DNA of 64,000 nt from Bacillota bacterium (GTDB taxonomy: Bacteria > Planctomycetota > UBA8108 > UBA1146): the NCBI GenBank assembly GCA_003973385.1, contig QNYK01000090.1, positions 10,345 to 74,344 on the forward strand, written 5' to 3'. How positions within the stretch are numbered: the stretch's first letter is position 1; each line of letters opens with the position of its first letter. The notes under the pieces are model-generated. The model was not told the origin of the DNA. It was given only the letters and a program-made list of their open reading frames with translations, and did not search any database. Below are positions 46,505-56,186 of this stretch, piece after piece. The translations under genes were made by a program, and so were the position numbers.

Positions 46505-46829
46505 GAAATCCCCTTTCTGACCTCGATACGATCCTTGCCAGGATCGCCTTCCGAGGGTTTTCTGATCGTTGCAACTACAATGCTGGCTTCCTGGATTCCC
46601 GCATTATCCAGCCAGCGCCCTGAATCTGGTCCCCTCGGCATGAAGCCCGCCACGGTGCAGGCAAGGGGCTCAAATGTCACTGCCCGGAGGATAGCCACCT
46701 TCGGACCCGATGGGGAAGCAGTAAATTCCCTAGCGAGTCCCGAATTCTACGGGTATCCGGCCTTTCCGGCCCATCTCGATCGTCACGAGATTTGCCTCCC
46801 GGTCGAGCCATCGAGCGGTGCATTGAAAT

Positions 46830-46856
46830 GTAAGTATCTTGATATTCGATACTTAC
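46830..46856 (-). terminator. AT-rich perfect hairpin immediately after the FadN-like stop (weak terminator or operator)
   Basis: GTAAGTATC-TTGATATTC-GATACTTAC, followed on the minus strand by ATTTCAATG. The stem is only 9 bp and GC-poor. Confidence 0.35.
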
Positions 46857-46857
46857 A

Positions 46858-48903
46858 CTAGGCGTGAACGAATCTGGCGGGGGTTCTCGGGCCATTTTCG
46901 AGAAAGTTGGTGACTCCGATACGCATATCCTGAGTTCCGCAGACTTCGCCAAAATATCGTGCTTCCAGAGCGATCCCTTCAGTCAGCGGCAGCCGACAAC
47001 CCTCGACGATCGCCTTCTGCAGGATCTCATCGACGCTCCTGCTCAGGTGCCCGAGGTCGACTTCAGGCAACGAGTCGGGGGTTTCGATCGGTCCCATTGG
47101 AATCATCGGGAGTGGCTCGTCGCCCGACAGATAGGCCCCTATCAGTTCGACCGCACGGGCGCGGAGGTCTCGAGGGTCTCCAGCCACCTCCTCGACGATC
47201 AGCCCGATGGCCAGCGCCTCGGAGGAAGAGACGGGGCGCCCGGTTCGCATCAATTCGGCAGCCTTCTCGACGCCGACCCAGCGAGGTAGCCGCTGGGTAC
47301 CACCGGCTCCGGGGATGATTCCGAGATTGACCTCCGGTTGACCGACGAGCACACGCTGGCCTGCGCGTGCTATTCGTGCGTTACAGGCCATGGCGATCTC
47401 GTTGCCACCACCCAATGCCAGTCCATTGAGGGCGCAGACCACTGGTTTTGTGCAGTCCTCGATGGCCTGGATCGACTTCTGTGACCCGCGAGAGGTCTCT
47501 TCACCCATGGCGATCGAATCGATGCTGGCGAGGAAGGGAACATCAGCCCCGGAGACAAACGCCTTGATTCCGAAACCGGAGAGTACAACGCCTACGATGC
47601 TGCTGTCTGATTCGATGTCGAGGAAGTGGCGCTCGATCTGGTCGAAGGCGACGTTGTTGAAGGCGTTGAGTTGTTTTGGACGCCGAATCGTGACGTGTGC
47701 GATGGCCTCCTTGTCTTGTCGGAGGACCAGTGCGATGTCGAAGGGTGCTCCCTCCTGTGCCTGATCTGTGATGCACTGCGGAACCGGGAAGCCGGAGTGA
47801 CTCTCGGAATACTTCTCCACCAGGTGGAGCGCATTGTCGACGCCGATCGAGTTCATCAGGCGAAAAGGAGCCTTCACATCGAGCGCGGTCTCCACTGCCA
47901 TATCCATGTCGTCGATGCTGGAGATGCCGCTGTCGACGATCTCGCCCACGATGCCAAAGAACGCTCCGAGCAAGGAATCCCGAACCTGCGAATAGGTGTC
48001 ATCGGCAACGTCGATCGACTCCCCTCTGGCGGGGACCTCCCAGGAACTCTCGTCAGCAACTGCTCTCCGGAGAATTTCCGGTGTGCGGTACCAGCCGTTG
48101 ATCTTCTCGTTGTAGTTGTCGAGACCGACTGCGGTGATCGGGTTGCCTCCTGTGAGATTCATGGCAGTGAAGGGGCCGACCGTGTATCCGAGCACATCAC
48201 AGGCGACGTGGTCCACTTCCTTGCAGCTGGCGATCCCCTCTTCCACCATCAACGCAGAGGCGAGAAACATACCCTCGAAGACGGGATCGAGCGCGTACCC
48301 ATAGCGACTCTTGACCTGAATCGGCACCTTTCCGATCGCCTCGTAGAATCCCATCATGTCGGAAACCAGGCCCTTGGAGGTATTCGCACCGGGAACGATC
48401 TCCACTATCGGGTTGCGTTCCGCAGGGAAGAAATAGTGGACCACCATCGTTCGAGCCGGATCAGAAACTCCTTCGAAGATGACATCTGGCTCCAGATGAG
48501 ATGAGTTGGAGCAGAGTACCGCATCCGCTGCCACCAGGTCTGCCACCTGGGTGAAGATGCGGCGCTTCAGGTCCTTGTCCTCGGTGGCAGCTTCGACGAC
48601 AAGATCACATCCCTTGAGCTGGTCGTAGTTGCTGGTGAACAGGACATTTTCTTTCATCGCCTGCCCCAGTTCGGCTCGAAAGGCTCTCGTCTCGATGCCC
48701 TTATCAATCTTACGATCGAGTTTCTTCTTCCCCTGCGCCAGAGCCTCTTCGCTGATGTCCACGACCACGATGGAGGTTCCCATCGGAGTGAACACCTTGG
48801 AGAAGTGAAGAGCGATGTCGGGCCCGATCTGGCCCGAGCCGATGACTCCGATGCGTGTGACAGGACGACCCAGGATGTGGATATTCGGCGTTTCAGAACT
48901 CAT
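46858..48903 (-). CDS. 3-hydroxyacyl-CoA dehydrogenase / enoyl-CoA hydratase fusion (FadN-like order: dehydrogenase first)
   Basis: NAD-binding 'IGVIGSGQIGPDIA' at the N-terminus and a crotonase fold 'ALNGLALGGGNEIAMAC...GQPEVNLGIIPGAGGTQRL' at the C-terminus. Confidence 0.9.
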   Translation of the reverse strand: MSSETPNIHILGRPVTRIGVIGSGQIGPDIALHFSKVFTPMGTSIVVVDISEEALAQGKKKLDRKIDKGIETRAFRAELGQAMKENVLFTSNYDQLKGCDLVVEAATEDKDLKRRIFTQVADLVAADAVLCSNSSHLEPDVIFEGVSDPARTMVVHYFFPAERNPIVEIVPGANTSKGLVSDMMGFYEAIGKVPIQVKSRYGYALDPVFEGMFLASALMVEEGIASCKEVDHVACDVLGYTVGPFTAMNLTGGNPITAVGLDNYNEKINGWYRTPEILRRAVADESSWEVPARGESIDVADDTYSQVRDSLLGAFFGIVGEIVDSGISSIDDMDMAVETALDVKAPFRLMNSIGVDNALHLVEKYSESHSGFPVPQCITDQAQEGAPFDIALVLRQDKEAIAHVTIRRPKQLNAFNNVAFDQIERHFLDIESDSSIVGVVLSGFGIKAFVSGADVPFLASIDSIAMGEETSRGSQKSIQAIEDCTKPVVCALNGLALGGGNEIAMACNARIARAGQRVLVGQPEVNLGIIPGAGGTQRLPRWVGVEKAAELMRTGRPVSSSEALAIGLIVEEVAGDPRDLRARAVELIGAYLSGDEPLPMIPMGPIETPDSLPEVDLGHLSRSVDEILQKAIVEGCRLPLTEGIALEARYFGEVCGTQDMRIGVTNFLENGPRTPARFVHA

Positions 48904-48966
48904 GACTCTCCTTCGGGGGTGAACGAACCGGGGGCGATTGTAAGGGAGCCGCTCGACGCAGACACC

Positions 48967-49730
48967 CTACCCTGGCTTTTTCTCGGCAATCACGAACAGG
49001 ATCCGGCCGAACAGGGATGCGCCACTGAGATACCAGTGGCAGGGAGCCTTGTAGCGCTGGCGATGTTTCCTGGCCTTTCTGCCGAGCCCTCGGATCTTCA
49101 TCGATGCGGCGATGAAGGGCACCAGAGGCAAGCAGAGCAGTGAAGATGCCCGGTAATGGTTGGATCCGACTGACATGATCTCGCCGCCGTTATGATCGAT
49201 GTAGTACATGAACTGCTGAATCCCGACGCAGTTGACATGCTGGAGACCACTGACCTTGGCGGGATCGAGGGGGCGTCGGGCACCATCGGTCGTACCGTAC
49301 CACAGGAAGTGCATCCTGGACCCGAGCCCCTGGATGTTCGGTGTCGTGAAGATGGCCCTGCCACCGGGCTTCAAGATCCTGAAGATCTCTGAAAAGTAGT
49401 TCTGATGGTGCTCGATGTGTTCGGCGACCTCGATGGAAACGGTGCAATCGGTGCTCTCATCGGGAAGCGGAATGCATCGGGAAGCGGAATGGAGTCGTTG
49501 AGGTCACAGCCGTGATAAGGCACGTCATCGACCTGGAAATTGCTCTCGGGAAGATCGCAGGCGGACAGGTTCGTGTAGCCGCTCTCTCTCATCTTTGCGC
49601 AAAAGAAACCACTTCCCGCTCCGACATCCAGGATGCTGGAATCGCGCTCTTCAGGGAGCAAGGGAAGGATCTTGTTGTAGATGTCTGGCTGAAAGGTATT
49701 GCCATGAAGTTCGCTGGATTGGGTAACCAC
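48967..49730 (-). pseudogene. Class I SAM-dependent methyltransferase disrupted by a 17-bp tandem duplication (frameshift)
   Basis: The 5' ORF (49371..49730) carries 'ILDVGAGSGFF'. The 3' ORF (48967..49374, another frame) carries 'SIEVAEHIEHH..YFSEIFRILKPGGRAIFTTPN'. Deleting one repeat copy joins them into a 248-aa protein. Confidence 0.85.
49458..49491 (-). repeat. Perfect 17-bp tandem duplication (CATCGGGAAGCGGAATG x2)
   Basis: Read directly from the sequence. 17 is not a multiple of 3. Confidence 0.95.
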
Positions 49731-49781
49731 CGGGTCCTCTCTTCTGTCACATGGGTCACGGCCAGGATCAGGTAGTCTGCA

Positions 49782-50438
49782 TCACGCCAGCCGTTCTGCC
49801 AGCCACTTTCCTATCTCTTCCACCTCGTCTGGATGAAGCGAGTGTGGAGCTGGATAGCTTCTGAACTGGAGTGGCCATCCGGCTTGCTCCACCATTTTTG
49901 CCGAAGCTTCGCCCAGGGCGATGGGAACCACAGGATCGAGCTCGCCGTGACAGCAGAGTATCGGAGTGCTCCTCGGAATCCGATCATCGAGAAGTTCGAG
50001 AGCATCCGGTACAGGTAGGTATGCAGAGAGGATCAGAAGTCCCCCCAGTGCAGGTTGCTGTCTCAGGCCAACGTGGTAGGCCATGGCACCACCCTGGGAG
50101 AAACCGGCCAGGATCAGCCTCTCCGGTGCAATCCCCAGCTGTAACTGCTCATCGATCAGTTGCTGGATCATCTCTGCGCTCTCGAAAATTCCCGCTTCAT
50201 CGACCCTGCGCTCGATGGAGATCTCCAGGATGTCGTACCAGGCACGCATCGCCATGCCATTGTTGATGGTGACCGGTCTCACCGGGGCATGGGGGAAGAT
50301 GAATCTCACGTCGCAGACTGCTTCGAGGTTCAACTCAGGGATGATCGGTTCGAAATCGTGCCCATCGGCACCGAGACCGTGCAACCAGATCACTGCCGCC
50401 GTGGGGTCGGAGCCGGTTTCAATCGAGACTCTCTCCAT
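49782..50438 (-). CDS. Phospholipase/carboxylesterase-family alpha/beta hydrolase
   Basis: 'AAVIWLHGLGADGHDF...RFIFPHAP...MRAWYDI...ILAGFSQGGAMA...HGELDPVVP'. The start is taken at 'MERVSIE' (50438). Confidence 0.85.
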   Translation of the reverse strand: MERVSIETGSDPTAAVIWLHGLGADGHDFEPIIPELNLEAVCDVRFIFPHAPVRPVTINNGMAMRAWYDILEISIERRVDEAGIFESAEMIQQLIDEQLQLGIAPERLILAGFSQGGAMAYHVGLRQQPALGGLLILSAYLPVPDALELLDDRIPRSTPILCCHGELDPVVPIALGEASAKMVEQAGWPLQFRSYPAPHSLHPDEVEEIGKWLAERLA

Positions 50439-50448
50439 CTGTAGTTCC

Positions 50449-51147
50449 TTATCTTGCCGTCCGAGAATCGAGAGTGTCCATGAGAGGGAGCAGTTCCTCC
50501 AGGGAGTGGATGGTGTGATCTCCGTCAGGTGCGAATCGCTCGTGCCAGTGCTGCTGAAGGCCATTGTCGACCCAGACGGTGGTGAGTCCGCATTCTCTGG
50601 CACCGATCAGTTCCTCGGAGTTCCCATCGCCAACATACATGCATTCTCCTGCGGGAATTCCAAGTGACTCCAGGCAATGGGTGTACATCAGTGCGTCCGG
50701 TTTCCGAACCCCCAGGAAGGCAGAGATGGATCGAGTCTGGAAGTACCGTCCCAGTGGTGACTCGTCGAGCAATTCAGGCGCCGCCGTCGAGCAATCCGTG
50801 ACCAGCGCCAGTTTGACTCCCTGGTCTGAAAGCTGATCGAGAGTCTCGCAGGCTCCGGGTTTTGGAATCAGTACATCTTTCAGCAGTTTGCGGTGAATCC
50901 TGGCAGCGTCCCTGCGTTTCACGAGAGGAGTGTCCACACCCGCTTCCTCGAGCAAGCCATCAAATTGATCATCCCCGTCGGGGATCGTCCCGATCATGCG
51001 GTCCTTGAACCGGGCACTCCACAATCTTCGATACAAGTCGCACTCGACATCAAGAGCCGCTGCGATGCAGTCACTGCTTTGCTCCCATGTTTCCATTGGA
51101 AGATTGGGAACCAGCGTGCCGAACAGATCGAACAGGATCGCCTTCAT
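50449..51147 (-). CDS. HAD-superfamily hydrolase (subfamily IA-like)
   Basis: Motif I 'AILFDLFGTLV' and motif IV 'YVGDGNSEELIGA'. Confidence 0.88.
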   Translation of the reverse strand: MKAILFDLFGTLVPNLPMETWEQSSDCIAAALDVECDLYRRLWSARFKDRMIGTIPDGDDQFDGLLEEAGVDTPLVKRRDAARIHRKLLKDVLIPKPGACETLDQLSDQGVKLALVTDCSTAAPELLDESPLGRYFQTRSISAFLGVRKPDALMYTHCLESLGIPAGECMYVGDGNSEELIGARECGLTTVWVDNGLQQHWHERFAPDGDHTIHSLEELLPLMDTLDSRTAR

Positions 51148-51230
51148 GAGCCTCCGCGTGTATTGCCCCAGAGGATGATACCAGCAGTGCTTTCGAGCAA
51201 GGAATCAGCAGGGAAGGGCAAGCGAGGCAA

Positions 51231-51266
51231 GAAAAAAGGGCTCTGCGATCTCGTATCGCAGAGCCC
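51231..51266 (-). terminator. Rho-independent terminator of the cohesin/dockerin gene
   Basis: The 12-bp perfect stem GGGCTCTGCGAT/ATCGCAGAGCCC has a 5-nt loop and is followed on the minus strand by TTTTTTC. Confidence 0.7.
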
Positions 51267-51438
51267 CTGAACTCTTCCGGAGTTGTCAGTCACCGATTTC
51301 ACGATCTTCTGTTCGATCACTAGTTCCAGTAGCGCGACTGTCGAAGCCCTCGGAGGGGAGGGGCAGCGACGAATGCCGAGGCTGGCGGTTTCTCAACAAG
51401 GGAGATCGGATCTCCCAACTCTCCGTCAAGCCATTGTC

Positions 51439-53307
51439 CTAGCAATTCGTGTCGTCGCTGTCACACACTGGCAGCGTGTCATCCTGCGTAGCATCCGGCC
51501 CGTCTTCGAGGGGGCCTGGTGCCGGCGGAATGTCTCCGAACTTGAAGAGCCAGTTGAGCAGGTGGACAGCGTCCGCCATGTTCAGATGACCATCATCATT
51601 CGAGTCACAAGCATCAGGGCACAGAATCGGGTGACCATTGAACTGATTCCCGAGCATCGTTGCGGTGTCAGCAAGATCGACTGTGTCATCGCTGTTGCAA
51701 TCGCCACGCTGGAAGATCTCTTCAGGAACGACATGCACGAGTGAGTCATTTCGTTCGAACGTCTGGATCGATTGGAAGTCGATGACCACGTTGTTGTAGA
51801 GAGTGACATTACCGTTACCGTTGATGTCGTTGCACCATTCAATCAACTGGTCCTCGTTACACTCAGCATCCATATCGACGGTGACTCGCATCTTTCCGAC
51901 CAACAGACGTCCATCTGCGGAGTTGCCGCTGGTGGAGATCGTCTGCGGAAGTGTCTGGCCCTCGAATGGCGGCAGCGCGTCGAGCAGTAGCGCGACTATC
52001 AGTTCGCAACCGTCTCCGTCATCGGGGTCGTCATCGACCTGTACAGCGGTGTACTCGACACCGACCTGATCCAGGATCGATCCGTTGAACTCCCAGGAGT
52101 CCTCATGAATCGTCAGATGGCAGTCGTAGCAGACGGTGAAGGTGAAGCCCTGGATGTAATCGTCCTCGTCGGCATAGAAGAAGCACAGGTCTCCTGTCTG
52201 GCCGTGATAGGCGTAGTTTCCGGAGCCCTCGTCGAACTCGGTCTCCATCCAGAGAGTCGTGTCCTCGGCAGGTACACCGACTGGCTCACAGGTGAAGGTG
52301 CCACCAGCGAGAAGAGGCGAGACTGACAGACCAGCGACGACGACCACATTGTCCAGGCGAGGTTCGCCCAGGGTGTCATCGGCGAGGTCGATGGCGCTCG
52401 TCTCTGCGGCAGGTTCTCCACCAGGATCACCCAGCACATAGATGTTCGAGTTGTTGCAGGAGTAAGTGTAGGTCGCGATGTGAAGCCCAGTTCCCATCGG
52501 AATCGTCTGGCCATCAAAAGGCGTCATAAAATCGATGACTACTCCGAGGGTTCCGCCGTTGGGATACAGGTTTGGCATCTCGAACTCGGCATTCGCCGCA
52601 TCTGTTTCAGAACCTGTGGATATCGATTCAAGGGTGACGATGGCGGGATCATGCGTCACCGCGGTGACGAAACCCTGCACTCCACCGATGCTGTTATCGA
52701 GCAACACTCGACAATCTCCGGTGGTTCCGAGTCCATCAGCAGCAGCTGAACCATCCTCCATCGTCATCGATGCCGGGGGAGGTTCGACCAGTGTCAGAGT
52801 GCCATTGATCAGACCCAGTCCTTCACCTGCACCAACAGAGAGGCCTCCCTGAACGATCATGTTGCTCAATGCTGGACTATTGAGAGTCCCATCGGCAAAG
52901 GTGAGCATCGTGGTGGTGTCTGAAGTGACGACTACCTTTGGAGTGATCGAGAGGATGGCGATCTCTATTCCCGAGCCGGCGGAAATTGTAGATCCGCCGT
53001 AGGGAGGATTCGCATCCATGACGACTCCGAGAGTCGCACCGCCGGTGAGGATTTCCGGCACCTGCAACTCTGCAGATGACGCTTCGCCCGTGGGGGCGAG
53101 CCCGGTGGCTGTCACCAGGGAGTCGTCATACCCGATCGCGAGCACGAAACCCTGAACATCAGTCGTGGCATCCATTGTGACAGTGACAGTGATCTCAGAT
53201 AGACCGAGGATGTCCGTGCTTCCGATGGTCAAAGACTGTTGTGCTGTCGAGATACCGCTGATTAACAGCAGCATTACTGTGGTTAGAACTAGAACTAGAG
53301 GACGCAT
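51439..53307 (-). CDS. Secreted protein with three cohesin-like modules and a C-terminal dockerin (double EF-hand) tail
   Basis: ATG 53307 follows GGAGGGA. The signal peptide is 'MRPLVLVLTTVMLLLISGISTAQQ'. A repeated pattern '..VQGF(V/T).A..(Y/H)D..' appears three times. The C-terminus reads 'GDCNSDDTVDLADTATML...CDSNDDGHLNMADAVHLLNWLF'. Confidence 0.8.
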   Translation of the reverse strand: MRPLVLVLTTVMLLLISGISTAQQSLTIGSTDILGLSEITVTVTMDATTDVQGFVLAIGYDDSLVTATGLAPTGEASSAELQVPEILTGGATLGVVMDANPPYGGSTISAGSGIEIAILSITPKVVVTSDTTTMLTFADGTLNSPALSNMIVQGGLSVGAGEGLGLINGTLTLVEPPPASMTMEDGSAAADGLGTTGDCRVLLDNSIGGVQGFVTAVTHDPAIVTLESISTGSETDAANAEFEMPNLYPNGGTLGVVIDFMTPFDGQTIPMGTGLHIATYTYSCNNSNIYVLGDPGGEPAAETSAIDLADDTLGEPRLDNVVVVAGLSVSPLLAGGTFTCEPVGVPAEDTTLWMETEFDEGSGNYAYHGQTGDLCFFYADEDDYIQGFTFTVCYDCHLTIHEDSWEFNGSILDQVGVEYTAVQVDDDPDDGDGCELIVALLLDALPPFEGQTLPQTISTSGNSADGRLLVGKMRVTVDMDAECNEDQLIEWCNDINGNGNVTLYNNVVIDFQSIQTFERNDSLVHVVPEEIFQRGDCNSDDTVDLADTATMLGNQFNGHPILCPDACDSNDDGHLNMADAVHLLNWLFKFGDIPPAPGPLEDGPDATQDDTLPVCDSDDTNC

Positions 53308-53558
53308 AACACCATCCCTCCGAATGTGAGCACAAGGCTCCGAGGCGCCCAGTCCGCCGATACTCAATCCTGAGTCGACGAGCCGTAAATGAATAAGAAT
53401 GAACAATTTGAGCAAAATACTGTTCAACTAAAAACTCAATGTGATTCCACTCAACAAACAATACACCGAGAGTGAGAATACTCCTGAATGTTAGCGTTGT
53501 TAGTGTTGCGGGGCAAAGACTTCTGCACCCGACTTTCCTGACAATCTATCCGTATTGT

Positions 53559-55205
53559 TCAACGATCCGTATAGGAGACTGCACCTCCGCCTCTCGGATC
53601 GCAGACACCGACAAGACCTCTTCCCGGGACAGTGGCGATCAATTGAACGTCGCCAATCGCAGATCTGCGGGTAATCGAGTGTCCAAAAGTCTCGAGAGTC
53701 CTTGCCGTGGATGAAGGAATAGTGACCTCGAGGGTGAGTTTATCGGGCAGACACTGGTGATGGATCTTCGGAGCGGTGACAGAACTTTCTGGAGAGAGCC
53801 CCAGCCTTGTCAGCCCCAGCAGCACCTGGAAGACATTAGTGATGATGGTCGGTCCCCCCGGTGTTCCCAGTACCGCATTGACGGAGCCAGCGGAGTCGAG
53901 CAGTACGGTCGGACTCATCGAAGAGAGCGGACGCTTCCCGGGAGCAACGGCATTGGCTGCTCCCTGGATCAACCCGAACAAGTTAGGTTCTCCGGGTCTG
54001 GCAGTGAAGTCATCCATTTCATTGTTGAGAAGGAATCCGGTTCCAGGGACCACGACCTTGCAGCCAAATGAGCCATTGAGTGTGGTGGTGACGGATACGC
54101 CATTTCCATGCTTATCGATGACGCTGTAGTGAGTCGTCTGTTCACTCTCCTTGACCGTTGGTTCTTCACTGAGAAACTCCGAGGAGGCTGTAACTCTGGA
54201 TCGTTGGATGCTGGCAGCTCGTGAGGCAAGGCGTTTCGGATCTTGCAACAGTCCCAGCTGGCAATCGACATGATCAGGATCGCCAAGGTACTGGTTTCGG
54301 TCTGCAAAGGAGCGTCTCATCACCTCTGCCAGCAAGTGATACAGTTTTGCGGATTCCGCATCGGTGCCGACGATCTTGAATCGATCGAGCATCGTCGACA
54401 TCTGTGCCAGGCAGATCCCCCCGGAGGAGGGTGGGGGCATCGAGTATGCGGTCCCCTGCGCTTGACCGAACTGGATCGGTGTTCGCTCCACCGGGCGGTA
54501 ATCGAGCAGGTCCTTGCTGGAAATCAGCCCTCCGCCTCGCTTCATCTCGACGACGATATGATCGGCAACTTCGCCATCGTAGAAGCCGGGTATACCCTTC
54601 TCGATGATGGTCTCGAGTGTGCGCGCCAGGTCACCCTGGCGAAACAGGCTCCCCTCGGCAACCGCTTTCCCTCCGGGGTAGAAGACCTCTGCCGTCGCCT
54701 CGAAGCGGCGCATCTGAGAACGGGTCGAGGATCCGGCGAGCATCCTGTGTGTCCTCCGCGTCATCTCGAACCCATCGCGAGCCAGAAGTAGCGCAGGCTC
54801 GATGACCTGGCGGCGATTCATGGTTCCCCAGCGCTCCAGCGCTGTCACCATCCCGGCGACGGAACCGGGTACACCGGCGGCGAGGTGCCCCAGGAGGGAG
54901 GCTTGCTGATGTCCCGCTTCGGCCGCAAGGGTGTACATGTCTGCCGTGGCAGCACCGGGCGCCTCTTCACGAAAATCGAGAGCCACCTGTGAGGTTCCGC
55001 TGCTGCTCTCTCGCCCGATCGAGCCGACAAGGAAACCGCCCCCGCCGAGATTGCCAGCAGCAGGGTAGGTGACAGCGAGGGCGAAACCGACGGCAACGGC
55101 GGCGTCGATGGCATTTCCACCTTGCTTGAGAATGTCGGCACCCACCGCAGCAGCGAGGGGTTCAGCGGCTGCGATCACTCCTGGACCCTTGGGCTTGTTC
55201 GACAT
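53559..55205 (-). CDS. ggt: Gamma-glutamyltransferase-family Ntn hydrolase (no signal peptide)
   Basis: 'GADILKQGGNAIDAAVAVGFALAVTYPAAGNLGGGGFLV' and the nucleophile region 'TTHYSVIDKHGNGVSVTTTLNGSFG'. Confidence 0.92.
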   Translation of the reverse strand: MSNKPKGPGVIAAAEPLAAAVGADILKQGGNAIDAAVAVGFALAVTYPAAGNLGGGGFLVGSIGRESSSGTSQVALDFREEAPGAATADMYTLAAEAGHQQASLLGHLAAGVPGSVAGMVTALERWGTMNRRQVIEPALLLARDGFEMTRRTHRMLAGSSTRSQMRRFEATAEVFYPGGKAVAEGSLFRQGDLARTLETIIEKGIPGFYDGEVADHIVVEMKRGGGLISSKDLLDYRPVERTPIQFGQAQGTAYSMPPPSSGGICLAQMSTMLDRFKIVGTDAESAKLYHLLAEVMRRSFADRNQYLGDPDHVDCQLGLLQDPKRLASRAASIQRSRVTASSEFLSEEPTVKESEQTTHYSVIDKHGNGVSVTTTLNGSFGCKVVVPGTGFLLNNEMDDFTARPGEPNLFGLIQGAANAVAPGKRPLSSMSPTVLLDSAGSVNAVLGTPGGPTIITNVFQVLLGLTRLGLSPESSVTAPKIHHQCLPDKLTLEVTIPSSTARTLETFGHSITRRSAIGDVQLIATVPGRGLVGVCDPRGGGAVSYTDR

Positions 55206-55208
55206 CGA

Positions 55209-56186
55209 TCACCCCTTCCTGTTTCGAGGTTTCACCTTCACAACCTGAGTCTCTGTGCCTCGAGTGATGGCATAGTGAAAATCGGAGCCGATCGCTCCTG
55301 CGCCGTGTCGTCCATCTCTGGCCACCGCGACGAACGCAGCGCTGATCGAGGGGATTTGCCCGGGTCTGCGTGCGATACGATCGAGAGTTTCACCGATCGC
55401 CTGGTCTGGGCTAGCTCCTTGACGCATCAACTCGATGACGAGGAAGGAGCCGCACACTTTTGAGATCTCTTCACCGACTCCGGTGGCAACGCAGCCGCCG
55501 ACCGCGTCATCTGCATAGAGGCCATGCCCTACGATGGGGGAGTCTCCGACGCGTCCGGGTAGTTTCCACGCCATGCCGCTGCTGGTGCAAGCGGCAGCGA
55601 TTTTACCGCTAGCTGCAAGCACTACCTGGCCAAGTGTGTCGTGGCCCTCCGCTTTTCCCTGGCCATCGGGGTGCTTCTGTCGCCACTTCTGATAGGCGGC
55701 TCTGGCTGCTTCCGAGAGGGTTTCCTGGTGGGTGAACCCCTCGGCGATGGCGAAACTGGATGCGCCCTCGCCGACCAGGATCAGGTGCGGGGAGTTCTCC
55801 ATCACCTTTCTTGCGACCTGCACAGGATGACGATGACCTGTGAGTGCGCACACCGCTCCTCCGTCGAGAGTGCTGCCATCAAAAATGGCTGCGTCCAGTT
55901 GCACGGTCCCGTCTCGATTGGGAAAGCCACCGTATCCCACCGTCGAGATGCTCTCATCCGCCTCTGCTGTCATGACGCCGCGTTCCACGGCATCCAGGGC
56001 GCTGCCACCTGATTTCAGAACAGAGAGTGCCTCGAGATTGGCTTCTCGACCGAAGGGCCAGGTGGAGATGATGACGGGGAAGCCGGGGGGCGTGTCGCCT
56101 GATCCGCCGTGGCTGCGGACGCCTGAGGTGGCGAGGCAACCGATCCCCGCAGCCGCTGCATGTCGCAGGAAATCTCGCCTTCTCAT
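55209..56186 (-). CDS. Asparaginase-2 family Ntn hydrolase (glycosylasparaginase/isoaspartyl peptidase-like), Tat signal
   Basis: 'MRRRDFLRHAAAAGIG', the autoprocessing site 'GHDTLGQVVL', and 'GRVGDSPIVGHGLYADD..GGCVATGVGEE'. Confidence 0.9.
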   Translation of the reverse strand: MRRRDFLRHAAAAGIGCLATSGVRSHGGSGDTPPGFPVIISTWPFGREANLEALSVLKSGGSALDAVERGVMTAEADESISTVGYGGFPNRDGTVQLDAAIFDGSTLDGGAVCALTGHRHPVQVARKVMENSPHLILVGEGASSFAIAEGFTHQETLSEAARAAYQKWRQKHPDGQGKAEGHDTLGQVVLAASGKIAAACTSSGMAWKLPGRVGDSPIVGHGLYADDAVGGCVATGVGEEISKVCGSFLVIELMRQGASPDQAIGETLDRIARRPGQIPSISAAFVAVARDGRHGAGAIGSDFHYAITRGTETQVVKVKPRNRKG

